Positions 25,444 to 37,419 of a stretch of DNA of 64,000 nucleotides are shown in pieces. The position numbers were made by a program, and so were the translations under genes. This stretch comes from Aquificaceae bacterium (GTDB lineage: Bacteria; Aquificota; Aquificia; Aquificales; Aquificaceae), in the NCBI GenBank assembly GCA_037925075.1, contig JAXSNR010000002.1:657912-721911 (forward strand), read 5' to 3'. The notes under the pieces were generated by a model, which saw nothing but the letters and a program-made list of their open reading frames with translations, was not told where the DNA came from and ran no database searches. Positions within the stretch are counted from its first letter, which is position 1, and every line of letters starts with the position of its first letter.

Positions 25444-25447
25444 AATC

Positions 25448-27031
25448 TTAAATTATACCCTCCTCCTCGTCCTTGTGGAGCTTGTAAATCAGGCTGTCCG
25501 TGAGGGCTATCCATGAAGCTTCTATTATATTCTGAGACACACCCACAGTGCCCCAATTCCTTCTTCCGTCGGTGGACTCTATGAGGACCCTAACCTTTGC
25601 ACCGGTGCCCTCCGACTCGTTTACTATTCTTACCTTGTAGTCTATAAGCTGGACCTCCTTAAGGTTGGGATAGAACTCTTCTAAGGCTTTTCTAAGGGCT
25701 CTATCGAGGGCGCTTACTGGTCCATTACCCAAGGCTGCGGTATGCTGTTTTATGTCTTCTATAAAGAGCCTGACAGTGGCTTCGGAGACTGGCAGGTTAT
25801 CGGTGCTCCTTTTGGCTATAAGGACTCTGTAGGCATCAAGGTTAAAGTACTCTCTCACAAGACCGAAGTGCCTTTTGCACAGAAGTTCAAAGGAGGCTTC
25901 CGCCGCCTCAAAGTGGTACCCTTCCTTCTCAAGCTCTTTTATTCTTTCCACCAACTTTAAAAGCTCAGGGGACCTCTCGTCTACTTCAATACCCATTTCC
26001 CTTAGTTTGTAGAGAATATTACTTCTACCGGAGAGGTCTGACACTGTAATCTTTCTTTTATTGCCCACAAGGGCAGGGTCTATGTGTTCGTAGGTACTGG
26101 CATGCTTTATAACCGCAGAGGCATGCACTCCAGCTTTGTGGGCAAAGGCACTTTCACCCACATAGGGCATATTCTTCGGAAGGGGCATGTTGGATATTTC
26201 TGAAATAAAGTGGCTTAGCTCCGTTAATCTTTTCAAGCTTTCCTCTCGCACAGCCCTAAAACCCATCTTTAGCTGAAGGTTTGGGATTATGGAGCAAAGG
26301 TTTGCATTGCCAGTTCTTTCACCTATGCCGTTTATGGTGCCATGAACCTGTCTTGCACCCGCAAGGACTGCCATTAAAGAGTTGGCAACTCCAGTCTCAG
26401 AGTCGTTATGCGCATGTATGCCCACTTTTGCGTCGGGAAAGCTTTCTTTTACCTTCTTGGTTATTTCATAAACCTCGTGAGGGAGACAACCTCCGTTTGT
26501 GTCGCAAAGTACCACCCAGTCCGCACCGCCCTCAAGGGCAGACCTCAAAACCTCAAGGGCATACTCTGGGTTGTTTTTGTAGCCATCAAAGAAGTGCTCT
26601 GCATCAAAGATTACTTCTTCCACGTGCTTTTTAAGAAAACTAACAGATTCATAAACCATGGAAAGGTTTTCCTCAAGGCTCGTTTTGAGAGCTTCTATCA
26701 CATGAAAGTCCCAGCTTTTCCCAAATATGGTTATTACTCTTGCACCTGATTTTATGAGGTTTTCCAATTGTGGGTCTTCCTCCGCCCTTTTCCCGGGTCT
26801 TCTTGTGGATCCAAAGGCTACAAGCTTTGCATGCTGAGGTTTGTATTTCCTAAGCCTTTCAAAGAGCATGGTGTCCTTCGGGTTTGCACCCGGCCAGCCA
26901 CACTCTATGTAGTCTATGCCAAACTCATCAAGCTTTTGGAATATACGTAGTTTATCTTCAAGGGAAAAGTTCACACCTTCCGCCTGTGAGCCATCCCTTA
27001 AGGTGGTATCGTAAATGAAAACCTTTTCCAT
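25448..27031 (-). CDS. cimA: Citramalate synthase (LeuA family)
   Basis: DTTLRDGSQAEG, GWPGANPKD, GKSWDFHV, FDAEHFFDG, WGTVGVS. Confidence 0.92.
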   Translation of the reverse strand: MEKVFIYDTTLRDGSQAEGVNFSLEDKLRIFQKLDEFGIDYIECGWPGANPKDTMLFERLRKYKPQHAKLVAFGSTRRPGKRAEEDPQLENLIKSGARVITIFGKSWDFHVIEALKTSLEENLSMVYESVSFLKKHVEEVIFDAEHFFDGYKNNPEYALEVLRSALEGGADWVVLCDTNGGCLPHEVYEITKKVKESFPDAKVGIHAHNDSETGVANSLMAVLAGARQVHGTINGIGERTGNANLCSIIPNLQLKMGFRAVREESLKRLTELSHFISEISNMPLPKNMPYVGESAFAHKAGVHASAVIKHASTYEHIDPALVGNKRKITVSDLSGRSNILYKLREMGIEVDERSPELLKLVERIKELEKEGYHFEAAEASFELLCKRHFGLVREYFNLDAYRVLIAKRSTDNLPVSEATVRLFIEDIKQHTAALGNGPVSALDRALRKALEEFYPNLKEVQLIDYKVRIVNESEGTGAKVRVLIESTDGRRNWGTVGVSQNIIEASWIALTDSLIYKLHKDEEEGII

Positions 27032-27044
27032 AGTATAAAATATA

Positions 27045-28580
27045 TCACTTCCTATATCTGAGCTTTCTGAATTGTTCTTTACTTATCCTTCTGAGGTCTT
27101 CAAAGTTCCCAGTAAAGCTTTCCTCTGTGAATGTGAGCACCCTAAGACTATCTTGAAAAGCCCTCTGAAGGTCGTAGACTCTGAAGTTCTTTATGTAGTC
27201 TGGTAGGAGGTGGTATTCTCCTCTTTGGAGGGCTTCCACCAGTTCCATAGCCTGAGGAGAAAGCCTCAAATTTTCAAGGTTTACCCCCTCAAAGCCCAAT
27301 CTGTAAAGGCCCGCTAAGAGAACCGCCTCATGGTAGCTTAGGTCCATCTTTTCCCTCTCAGTCTTTCTTTCTACCTTGGGAACTCTATCCTGAAGGCTTG
27401 TAATGGGTAGCCCGGTTATCTTTGAAATTTCCCTGAGAAGTTCAAACCTTCTAACACCGTCTTGTATAAAAGCACAAAAGTAAAGAAGGTCCTCAAAGGC
27501 TTCTCGTTTTCCTTCCCTTATTTCCCTAAGTAGTAGCTCATCCACGGGCACAGAAGCATTGAGCATTTCCTTTAAAACCCTTGGTTCCTTTTTCACAAAG
27601 GAGTCTGGGTCTTCACCCTCTGGAAGGTATACGACCCTCACCTCCATCCTAGCCTTTAGAAGGTTTGGTACCGAAGACCTTACCGCTCTCCTTCCCGCAC
27701 TGTCTCCGTCGTAAAGAAGTATTACAGTTTTAGCCATCTTGGACAGTGTATAGGCATGGTCCTCTGTTAAAGCTGTGCCAAGGGGTGCAACGCAGTTCCT
27801 TATGCCCTCCTGCCACAGGCTCATGAGGTCAAAGTATCCCTCCACTATAATCACCTGTTGGAGTTCCTTTATGTATTCCTTTGCTTCATAAAGCCCGAAG
27901 AGGCTCAACCTTTTTCTGAAAACTTCAGACTCCGGAGAGTTTAGATACTTGGGATGGCTTCCGTCAAGGCTTCTACCACCAAAGGCTATTACATAACCCC
28001 TTATATCTCTCACGGGTATAATCAGCCTGTTTTTAAAAAGGTCCCTGTACACATCCCCCTCAAGCTTTATAAGGTTTGAACTTTTTTCATAGACCTCAAG
28101 AAGACCTTCCTCTTTCAGTAGCTTTACCAGTCTTTCTGTGTCTCCACCAAAGCCAAGCTGGAACTTGCTTATGGTCTTTGAACTAATACCCCTACTTTGT
28201 AGGTATTGTATAGCCACATTACTTTTCTTTAGCTCCTCATGGTAAAACTCCGCAACCCTTTGAAGGGCAAGCAAAAGCTGGCTGTTCTTTCTTTCCCTTT
28301 TTAGGCTTACCTTAAAACCGTACCTCTTTGCCAGCTTTTCAAAAGCTTCCCAGTAGTCTATATTTTCATACAGGCTTACAAACTTGACCGCATCACCCCC
28401 CACACCACAACCAAAGCACTTAAAAATGCCCTTTGAAGGAGATACATAAAAGGAGGGTGTGTCATCAGGATGGAAGGGACATCTTGCGGTGTAGCTATTG
28501 CCCATCTTTTTTAGCTCTATATAAGAGGAAATCACATCCACTATGTCAATCTTTCTAAGAATTTCCCTGTAGGAGGGCAT
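27045..28580 (-). CDS. dnaG: DNA primase
   Basis: CPFHPDDTPSF..FKCFGC zinc domain, KYLNSPE, VEGYFD, YDGDSAG TOPRIM. Confidence 0.98.
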   Translation of the reverse strand: MPSYREILRKIDIVDVISSYIELKKMGNSYTARCPFHPDDTPSFYVSPSKGIFKCFGCGVGGDAVKFVSLYENIDYWEAFEKLAKRYGFKVSLKRERKNSQLLLALQRVAEFYHEELKKSNVAIQYLQSRGISSKTISKFQLGFGGDTERLVKLLKEEGLLEVYEKSSNLIKLEGDVYRDLFKNRLIIPVRDIRGYVIAFGGRSLDGSHPKYLNSPESEVFRKRLSLFGLYEAKEYIKELQQVIIVEGYFDLMSLWQEGIRNCVAPLGTALTEDHAYTLSKMAKTVILLYDGDSAGRRAVRSSVPNLLKARMEVRVVYLPEGEDPDSFVKKEPRVLKEMLNASVPVDELLLREIREGKREAFEDLLYFCAFIQDGVRRFELLREISKITGLPITSLQDRVPKVERKTEREKMDLSYHEAVLLAGLYRLGFEGVNLENLRLSPQAMELVEALQRGEYHLLPDYIKNFRVYDLQRAFQDSLRVLTFTEESFTGNFEDLRRISKEQFRKLRYRK

Positions 28581-29325
28581 AGGAGTAAATTATATTTCTC
28601 AATGCCTTTAAGGGTTATACTTACCAGAAGTGAGGAAGACATAGAAGGAGACAGGCCACTTTTTGAAAAGGCTGGCTTTCGGGTTATAGCCTTGCCACTT
28701 ATTGAAGAAGAGTTTTTAGATTTTGAGGTGCCACAAGAAGATTTTGACTTTGTAGTTTTCCAAAGTCCAAGAGCGGTAAGAGCCTTTTTTTCTAAGTACC
28801 AATTAAAGGGTGGTGAAAGGATTGTGGTGGTAGGTGAAAAGACAAAGAGGGAAGTGGAAAGGTATGGCTATAGTGTATGGGCTATGCCTGAGAACTACTA
28901 CGGGGAGAGCCTTTTAGGGCTTTTCCAGAAGATCAGAGGAAGGGTACTTTTACCGAGGTCTGCCATAGGTAGGGATGAGGTGCTGGAAGGTTTGAGGGCT
29001 TTTGGGCTTGAGGTTTATCCGCTTGATGTTTATACCATAAAGCCAAAGCTTTACAACAAAGAAGAATTGACTGAAAAGCTTTCTAAAGGGGATGTAATAG
29101 TTTTTGCCAGTCCATCCGCCGTAAAGGGGCTTCTTGCAAACTTGCAAAAGGAAGAAGCAATAAACCTTTTAGAGCATATGAGGGTTGTATGCATTGGCAA
29201 AACTACAAAGGATTTTCTTGAAAGGGAATTGGGGCTGAAGGCTCTGGTGCCAGAAAAACCGCTCATGGAGAAGGTGGTGGAACTTTTAAAAAGTTTGGCA
29301 TTAAATTTGCATAATAAGACAAGGG

Positions 29326-31123
<1,798 letters not shown>

Positions 31124-31487
31124 GCTACAAGATTATAATCTGAGTAAGTTGCCCCCCTCCCCCAATTTTAGCTTTTACTTTTCTGGCTCGCACACGTACT
31201 CCATCTCTACCTCCTTGGTGGGCAAAACCTTTTTAACAACTTTTTTAACAGGCTTTTTGGTTGTTTTTGTGCCAGAAGCGGTTGGTTCCTTTTTCACTAA
31301 CTCCTTCTTAGAAGCTACAGGCTTTTTAGCCGTAGATTTTGCCTTAGGCTTTTCAGCCGTAGCTTTTGCCATAGCAGGGGTTGGAGGTGCGGTTTTTGGT
31401 CTCCAGTAGCACCTTTGCTTAGTTTCAGGTATTATCTGCACCTTACCACCCTTTTCTATAACTTGTGCACCACCCCCACTACCAATA

Positions 31488-31553
31488 ACACCACCTTCGG
31501 GTGCTGGCACTGGTGAGGTAGAAACACCACCTTCGGGTATAGGCACTGGCGTG
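31488..31553. repeat. Imperfect 36-bp tandem duplication (PVPxPEGGV x2)
   Basis: ACACCACCTTCGGGT..GGCACTGG starting at 31488 and 31524. Confidence 0.8.
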
Positions 31554-31577
31554 AGGGAAATAATGGGCGATATGGGA

Positions 31578-31660
31578 GTTCCACCACCTTGTGATGTTCC
31601 ACCACCTTGTGATGTTCCACTGCCAGGGGATGTTCCACTACCAGGTGATGCTCCACCGCC
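31578..31660. repeat. 18-bp tandem repeat, about 4.5 copies, encoding a Gly/Ser/Thr linker
   Basis: Units GTTCCACCACCTTGTGAT (31578, 31596), GTTCCACTGCCAGGGGAT (31614), GTTCCACTACCAGGTGAT (31632), partial at 31650. Confidence 0.85.
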
Positions 31661-33771
31661 TTCACCGACTACGGGACAGGACTGAGGCTTTGGAACTTCC
31701 ACTTCCACCTTTGGACTTCCCTCAACCCCAGGTACACTAACAGTGTTTTTGACCACATCTTGAAGGCAGTCATGCTTACTCTTAAAGCAGAATTCAAGAG
31801 GTGAAGCATGGTAATGGGCTCTTATCTCAAAGTTGGAAAGATTGCTACCACTTGCCAGTGCATAATCCACCTCCACATTTAGAGGCTGTCCATTTGTCTG
31901 CGACGCTATACTTGCAAGGTTGGCGGTTAGACTGCTGTTGGCTATGCAGTCGTAAGTAAATATGACATTGTTTGCACTATCCTTTACCTTTATTTCAAGC
32001 TTGTTAAAATCAGACAGGGATGCATTGGCTATTTCCACCTTTGTCCATATAAAGGGCTTTGGACCAGAGCAGTACCGCCAAGGTTGGAATGTGGTTTGAT
32101 GTTTCCCTTCCCTTGCACCACACTTTTGAGCTATCCCTTCTTTGTCAGGTAGTTTATTTGGGTCAAAATACCACGTCTCTGTTGCGTTATGCCCCACAAC
32201 CCATATGCAACCCGTATCGTCAACATTAACGGAATAGTTCTCCGGATCGGACTGCCAGCTTTTATATTCCCAAGTGGGAGCACAGGGTCCGGCTGTTGCC
32301 CAGTCTCAGCACAAAACCCTTTCAGTTCCTGATGGTTGAATATCCGCAAAGTAGGTTCTCGTACCCAAAGTAATTTCGTATCCAATACCATAGGTAAAGT
32401 TTATGGAACTAAATATCATGGGCGGTGTGGATGGGGCTCCTGTAGTTAAATCAAAACATAATTGAGTACTTGTTTTCCTCATACATATATGTTTTGGATT
32501 CATAGCCATGTCGTAGTATATGAAAGGTGGCCCGGCAAACAGAGGAAGACTGCTTGTGCCTACTGTGGAAACTGTCCACCCTGTACATGCTGTTTTTGTT
32601 GTTGTGTCAAAGCAAAAGGCTCTTACATTTTTGTTGTTGTTCCACGGATTATCATCAGTTATAAAGTATATTTTAGTGCCTGCTACTCTTGCCCAGATGG
32701 ATGGTCCTGTGACACCCACTGAAGTGAAAGAACCTGCGGGGAAAGTATATCCAGTAAAATAATTGACAAGAGGAGCGCAGGGGTTTGCTGGATTTGTTGC
32801 GCTTAGACAGTACAGATTCCCGTCTCCACCAACCATGTATAGCTCATTTCCCACTTTTATGGGACCCATTACATACATGTTGAAGCTGGAACCCGGTTGT
32901 GTGCCTAACTTATAAAAACCACACTCTGAGTCGGTTTCCAGAGCATAACAGCCAAGCCCAAATTCAAGATCAGAGGCTGTCACAGAGTAATAAAGCTTTC
33001 CACCGTTGATGTAATAATAATAACCCTCAAAATTACCAGAGCCAGAAAACTTACCGCTATTATCTCCTTTTGGAAGAGCCTTTGGAAATCCGGGGCAAGG
33101 ATTACCCGTAGTCGTATCAACACATTTAAAAATTTGGCTACCCGGATTATCATGGTGGTTTATTATGTAAATTCTCAACTTGCTTCCTGAGGATATGTGT
33201 CTGTATGGAATGGCCCTAAATCCATCTCCTGCACCACCTCCAAAGTTTAAGCTACTCGGCATAGATGTGCTAACAGTTGCACTCATGTATCCATTTATTG
33301 GCGGTGCGTTTCCTGTCCATGTGGCGATAGTATGTGTAGGATTTAAAGTACCAGTCCAGCCTGAGGGTTGTTGCAGGGAACCTGGAATTATGGTGTTTAT
33401 AGGGCCTTCGGATATGGTTACGCCATTCTGGGTTGTATTCGTGTTGTTGGCATAGTAGATTACCCAATCTATGGTATAGCTGTTTCCACTCTGGGATATA
33501 TTAACGGGTTTTTTATCAAGAGTTTTATATGGAGGAAACTCTTCCTTCCCTTCTTTTAGCTTCTGGATTATAGCTGGTATTAGCAGGAAAGGTATTATGA
33601 TGGCTGGTCCAATCTTGACACCTCCTTTACCTTCTGATGGAGGTGGGGATGGTTCTTGGTATTGGGCAAAAACCGGTGCTGTTAACAGAAGAAACAGACA
33701 AAGTATGGTGATGCAGGCTCTGTAAAACATTTTTACTCACCTCCTCCAATAAGTATGTGGTTCTTTTAGTT

Positions 33772-34545
33772 TTAAAGGTTCACAGAAAGTGCCCTTTTCC
33801 TTTTGAGAATTTTTATGTATTCCTCAAGGGCTAATCTTTCCTGCTCCTTGTAGAGGCTTTCCCTTTCTATGAGGTTTTTCCAGTCCACCTTGTGGGCGTC
33901 AAACCATGGACCGTCCACGCATGCGAGGGCATACTTGCCATCCACCAACACCCTACACACAAGACAAAGACCTACCGCATCAAGCATATGGGTATTAACC
34001 ATGCTTATGATGGAAGCCTGTGGAAAAAACTGGGTAAGCTTGTAAGAAAGCCTGTTTTCTCCTGCGGACACAAGAAGCTCTGCGTCAAAGCCCCCAATCT
34101 CCTCAGAATGCCTTATCCCCTCAAAAAGCTCCTGTGCCATATCCTTAAGATAAAAATCCTTAGAAGCTACCTGAAGAAAGACCCTGTTGCCTGCATCCTT
34201 AAGAGCTTTGGCAACATTTAAAATAGGTGCTATGCCCCAAGAGTGAGCGTAAAAGATTACTCTTCCGTATTCCTTTACCGGGAATGGTTTGCCAAGAGGT
34301 CCTGCCACATACTGGAAGCTCTCCGCTTCTTCTATTATCTCAAGGCTTGACCTTCCTACCGCCTTAACCAGACAGTAAAAGCCCTCCTCAAAGGTGCCAA
34401 GTATGGAAAGAGGTATAGGCTCAGAATTTTCTCTGTACTGAACCATCACAAACTGTCCCGGCTTTGCCTTGGATATATGCAGTGCATGAACCTTAAGAAG
34501 ACAGGCATCTTCTGATATTCTTGTTTTTTCAAGGACCTTGTGCAT
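33772..34545 (-). CDS. PyrK/NfnA/SudB-like FAD and [2Fe-2S] electron-transfer subunit
   Basis: KPGQFVMV, GPLGKPF, MLDAVGLCLVCRV...ACVDGPWF cluster motif. Confidence 0.85.
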   Translation of the reverse strand: MHKVLEKTRISEDACLLKVHALHISKAKPGQFVMVQYRENSEPIPLSILGTFEEGFYCLVKAVGRSSLEIIEEAESFQYVAGPLGKPFPVKEYGRVIFYAHSWGIAPILNVAKALKDAGNRVFLQVASKDFYLKDMAQELFEGIRHSEEIGGFDAELLVSAGENRLSYKLTQFFPQASIISMVNTHMLDAVGLCLVCRVLVDGKYALACVDGPWFDAHKVDWKNLIERESLYKEQERLALEEYIKILKRKRALSVNL

Positions 34546-34573
34546 AGAAAAATTATCTCAGTTTCTTCTGCCC

Positions 34574-34610
34574 TTGACAAGCTTTTAATGTATATTAGAA
34601 TATCCTTATA
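34574..34610 (+). promoter_or_regulatory. sigma70 promoter with overlapping imperfect palindrome upstream of DUF2892 gene
   Basis: TTGACA (34574), 16 bp, TAGAAT (34596); TATTAGAA-TA-TCCTTATA at 34593-34610. Confidence 0.55.
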
Positions 34611-34630
34611 AACTTAATAGGAGGTTAGAC

Positions 34631-34837
34631 ATGACCATGGACAGAGCCTTAAGATTGACCTCTGGTGCGGTGCTTATGCTGGTCTTTCTGATTGCCATAC
34701 TCCCTTCGGATATACACTGGTTCTGGAAAGCCTTTATAGTGTTTATGTCCCTTAATCAGATACAGTCCGCCTTTACGGGTTGGTGTCCTGTGGTGTCCCT
34801 CTACAGGAAGCTTGGCGTAAAGGAATGCACTTGTTAA
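34631..34837 (+). CDS. DUF2892 (YgaP-like) small membrane protein
   Basis: DRALRL, two TM helices, QSAFTGWCP..LGV; SD AGGAGG. Confidence 0.88.
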   Translation: MTMDRALRLTSGAVLMLVFLIAILPSDIHWFWKAFIVFMSLNQIQSAFTGWCPVVSLYRKLGVKECTC

Positions 34838-35121
34838 TCGGTTTCTAACTCTATTTCACAGCCTTCTTTTTCTATAACCAGCTGGCAGGCAAGCCGGCGG
34901 TTCTCTTCGTACTCTCCAATCCTCCAAAGGGTCTCCTCTTCCTGTTCTGAAGGCTCCGCCAAGCATTCAAGACCCTTTAAAACAGTGCAAACACACACAC
35001 CACACTGACCATCGGTGCATCCAAACTCCACCCCCGCCTTTTCTATTTCATGATGGTGTTCTCCAAACCTTTCACCCGCGGGTATGTCAAGGACCTTACC
35101 GTTTATCCTCACCTTAGCCAT
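34834..35121 (-). CDS. [2Fe-2S] ferredoxin
   Basis: FGCTDGQCGVC...RLACQ. Confidence 0.93.
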   Translation of the reverse strand: MAKVRINGKVLDIPAGERFGEHHHEIEKAGVEFGCTDGQCGVCVCTVLKGLECLAEPSEQEEETLWRIGEYEENRRLACQLVIEKEGCEIELETD

Positions 35122-35147
35122 AGAGGATATTTTAACCTTGAAGATAT

Positions 35148-35708
35148 CTACGGGCTTTGATTTATCTCAATGATTCTGCAAAACCTTCCAGAGAGCCTAC
35201 CTATAGGCTTAAGAACACTTAAATCAAGGCTTTCCGCACCCGCAAAAACAACCCTCCCGAAAATGAGGTCGTAGCCAAAAAGCTCCTCGTGTTTTAGAAG
35301 CCTGCACTCAAGCCACGCTTTAGCCCTTGCGACCCTTGGCACTTTTACCTTGTAGGCTTTAGCCATCTCAAGACCACAAACCTCAAACTCGCTTACCTCC
35401 GGTGGAAAATCCTCCGAGCTAAGCTCCACCTCTCTTATGAATTCTTCAGAAACCATGTTTATGACAAACTCGCCTGTTTGAAGTATGTTTCTTGCGGTAT
35501 CCTTCTGACTTCCCTCTTCTTTTCTACTTATGGAAAGGACCACCACGGGAGGCTCGTCGCATACCGCATTGTAAAAGCTAAAAGGTGCAAGGTTTGGGAT
35601 CCCTTCAGGGCTTAGGGTAGAAACCCAAGCTATGGGTCTTGGAACTACAAGCCTTGTAAGGACCTCATAAGGGTCAAAGCCTTCGGGCTTTTCCATGTCA
35701 AAGAGCAT
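35148..35708 (-). CDS. Flavin reductase-like (flavoredoxin) protein
   Basis: VVPRPIAWVST, NLAPFSFYN, KDTARNI..TGEFVIN. Confidence 0.9.
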   Translation of the reverse strand: MLFDMEKPEGFDPYEVLTRLVVPRPIAWVSTLSPEGIPNLAPFSFYNAVCDEPPVVVLSISRKEEGSQKDTARNILQTGEFVINMVSEEFIREVELSSEDFPPEVSEFEVCGLEMAKAYKVKVPRVARAKAWLECRLLKHEELFGYDLIFGRVVFAGAESLDLSVLKPIGRLSGRFCRIIEINQSP

Positions 35709-35722
35709 GTATGATAGTATAA

Positions 35723-36295
35723 ATGAGGCTTTTTTCTTTGGATACCTCCTTTTCCTCTTTAAACCTTACAATTGTTGAAGATGGCAAGGTTTTGCTACAC
35801 CATTGGATAGACGACGGCAAAAAGACCCTACAACACCTGCCGTATGTACTGAAGGAGCTTAAAGTAGAGTTAGAGGATATGGATGCCTTTGCGGTTTCCT
35901 TAGGCGTTGGATATCTTACATCCCTTAGGATAGGGATAACCTTTATGAAAACCGTATCATACCTAAGCGGGAAGCCTATAGTGGGCTATGAAAACCTAAG
36001 TCTTATGTGCCAGTTTCTAAAGGAGCCAGAGCAAAAGGTGGTAGCTTTAAAGGTAAGTAATAATATCTTCTGTAGGGTGTGCAAAGGCTCACAGATAGGC
36101 GAGGTGCAACCTCTGAAAGAAAAGCCAGAGCTTCCCCTTGTTAGTCTTGCGTCCCAAGGTCTTGGAGACATACAGCTTGAATTTTTCCCCTTTTCCCTTT
36201 ACGGCGGGCTTTGGGCTTACAGAAGGCTTTCTGAAGGGTATAAGGGCGATGACCCTATGCTTTTAGAACCCCTTTATCTAAAGCCTCCTGTTTGA
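35723..36295 (+). CDS. tsaB: t6A biosynthesis protein TsaB
   Basis: SLDTS, AVSLGVGYLTSLRIG (variant of GPGSFTGLRIG), LEPLYL tail. Confidence 0.85.
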   Translation: MRLFSLDTSFSSLNLTIVEDGKVLLHHWIDDGKKTLQHLPYVLKELKVELEDMDAFAVSLGVGYLTSLRIGITFMKTVSYLSGKPIVGYENLSLMCQFLKEPEQKVVALKVSNNIFCRVCKGSQIGEVQPLKEKPELPLVSLASQGLGDIQLEFFPFSLYGGLWAYRRLSEGYKGDDPMLLEPLYLKPPV

Positions 36296-37402
36296 AAGGG
36301 CATAGAGAATAGCACCAGCAAGTGGAAAGATAAGCATAAGAAGGGCGGAAAGCCTGTAGTTATCCCCTGTTATAAGAAGGAAAAAAGACCAGAACATAAG
36401 CCCAAGACTTGAGGCTATACGCTCGCTAAGGGAATAGAAGGAAAACCTTACCGCCACATCACCCTTAGAAAACCTTTCAATAAGAAGAATCCGAGATGTG
36501 GTCCAAAGATGCGACAGGCAAAGCCCTGCAAAAAGACCAAGGATGAGAAGAAGCTTCAAAGGTATAAAGTAAAGGAGGATTAAAAAGGCACTCCAAAGGA
36601 AAAAGCCCAAAGGGAAAAGCCTTTTTGCGGAAAGCTTATCGGTGAGCCTTCCAAAAACAAGCCCACCAAGAAGACCACCAACCGCGGAAAAGCCTATGGT
36701 TCTGTATGTGTCCTCTTGCGCAAGCCCATAAACCTCCCTTAGATACACTCCCATCATGGCTATCATGGTGTGGGCAAGCTCCATAAGAAGAAGCATAGAA
36801 GAGAGGGTAAGTAAAAAGCTTCTGTCTTTTAGGATTTTGCTAAGAAAAACCTCCTGCACCTTTGGAGGCTCAGGAAGGCTAAAGAGGGAGGGCAAGGAAA
36901 GTAGAAGGAAAAGCAAGGCGGTCCATAAAAAGGCTGAAGGCAGGCTAAGGTTGGGTGCAAGGAACAGGAGAGCTACCGCAGAACCCACATATCCCAAAGC
37001 TACACCAAAACCTGACGCAAAACCCTTAGACTCAAAGGACTTAAGAAGGGAGTTGTAAAAGACAAGAGCTTGCTGATGCACCACCGCCAAAAGCAAGTAA
37101 AGAAGAAAGTTGAGCCTTGGGCTTTCAAAGGATACAAACAGAAGAAGGCATATCGCTGGCACGGAGAGGCTAAAGAGGTTAAAAAAAGCCTTTCTTAAAC
37201 CTTTTATGTCCGCTAGCCTGCCAAGTTGTAAAGCCAAAAGAAAAGAAAGAAAAAAGGCAAAACCGTAAAAAAAGGAATATCCCTTAACATCAATATGCTT
37301 GGTTATGTAAAGGGGATAAAGGGTAGAAAAAATAAGGGCACCAAGAATTGTTTCACCCGCATCGTAAAGGGCAAAGGAAAGAAGCCTGAGCCTTTTTGCC
37401 AC
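36278..37402 (-). CDS. MFS transporter (UMF1-like)
   Basis: FALYD, LGRLADIKGLRK, FYNSLL, SGFGVALGYVG; multiple TM helices. Confidence 0.85.
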   Translation of the reverse strand: MAKRLRLLSFALYDAGETILGALIFSTLYPLYITKHIDVKGYSFFYGFAFFLSFLLALQLGRLADIKGLRKAFFNLFSLSVPAICLLLFVSFESPRLNFLLYLLLAVVHQQALVFYNSLLKSFESKGFASGFGVALGYVGSAVALLFLAPNLSLPSAFLWTALLFLLLSLPSLFSLPEPPKVQEVFLSKILKDRSFLLTLSSMLLLMELAHTMIAMMGVYLREVYGLAQEDTYRTIGFSAVGGLLGGLVFGRLTDKLSAKRLFPLGFFLWSAFLILLYFIPLKLLLILGLFAGLCLSHLWTTSRILLIERFSKGDVAVRFSFYSLSERIASSLGLMFWSFFLLITGDNYRLSALLMLIFPLAGAILYALSNRRL

Positions 37403-37419
37403 AGGCTTATTTTAACAGT

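Larger units (their letters stand above)
31175..33730 (-). pseudogene. Large (~850 aa) secreted Cys-rich repeat protein interrupted by one in-frame TGA at 32306-32308
   Basis: Reading through the stop gives ..RVLC*DWATAGPCAPTWEYKSWQSDPENYSVNVDDTGCIWVVGHNATETW.., in frame with ORF 31175..32197; signal peptide and SD GGAGG at start. Confidence 0.85.

Noticed and set aside
31578..31660. Possible CRISPR array
   Set aside because: Contiguous 18-bp coding repeats without unique spacers; no cas genes in the window
32306..32308. Selenocysteine codon
   Set aside because: The position corresponds to the hydrophobic/aromatic residue of the repeat, not to a Cys, and the downstream hairpin is weak; Trp nonsense mutation preferred though not proven
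32131..32391. 86-aa ORF suggesting a frameshift bridge between the two halves of the secreted protein
   Set aside because: The halves are already in the same frame across a single TGA; this ORF is an alternative-frame artefact
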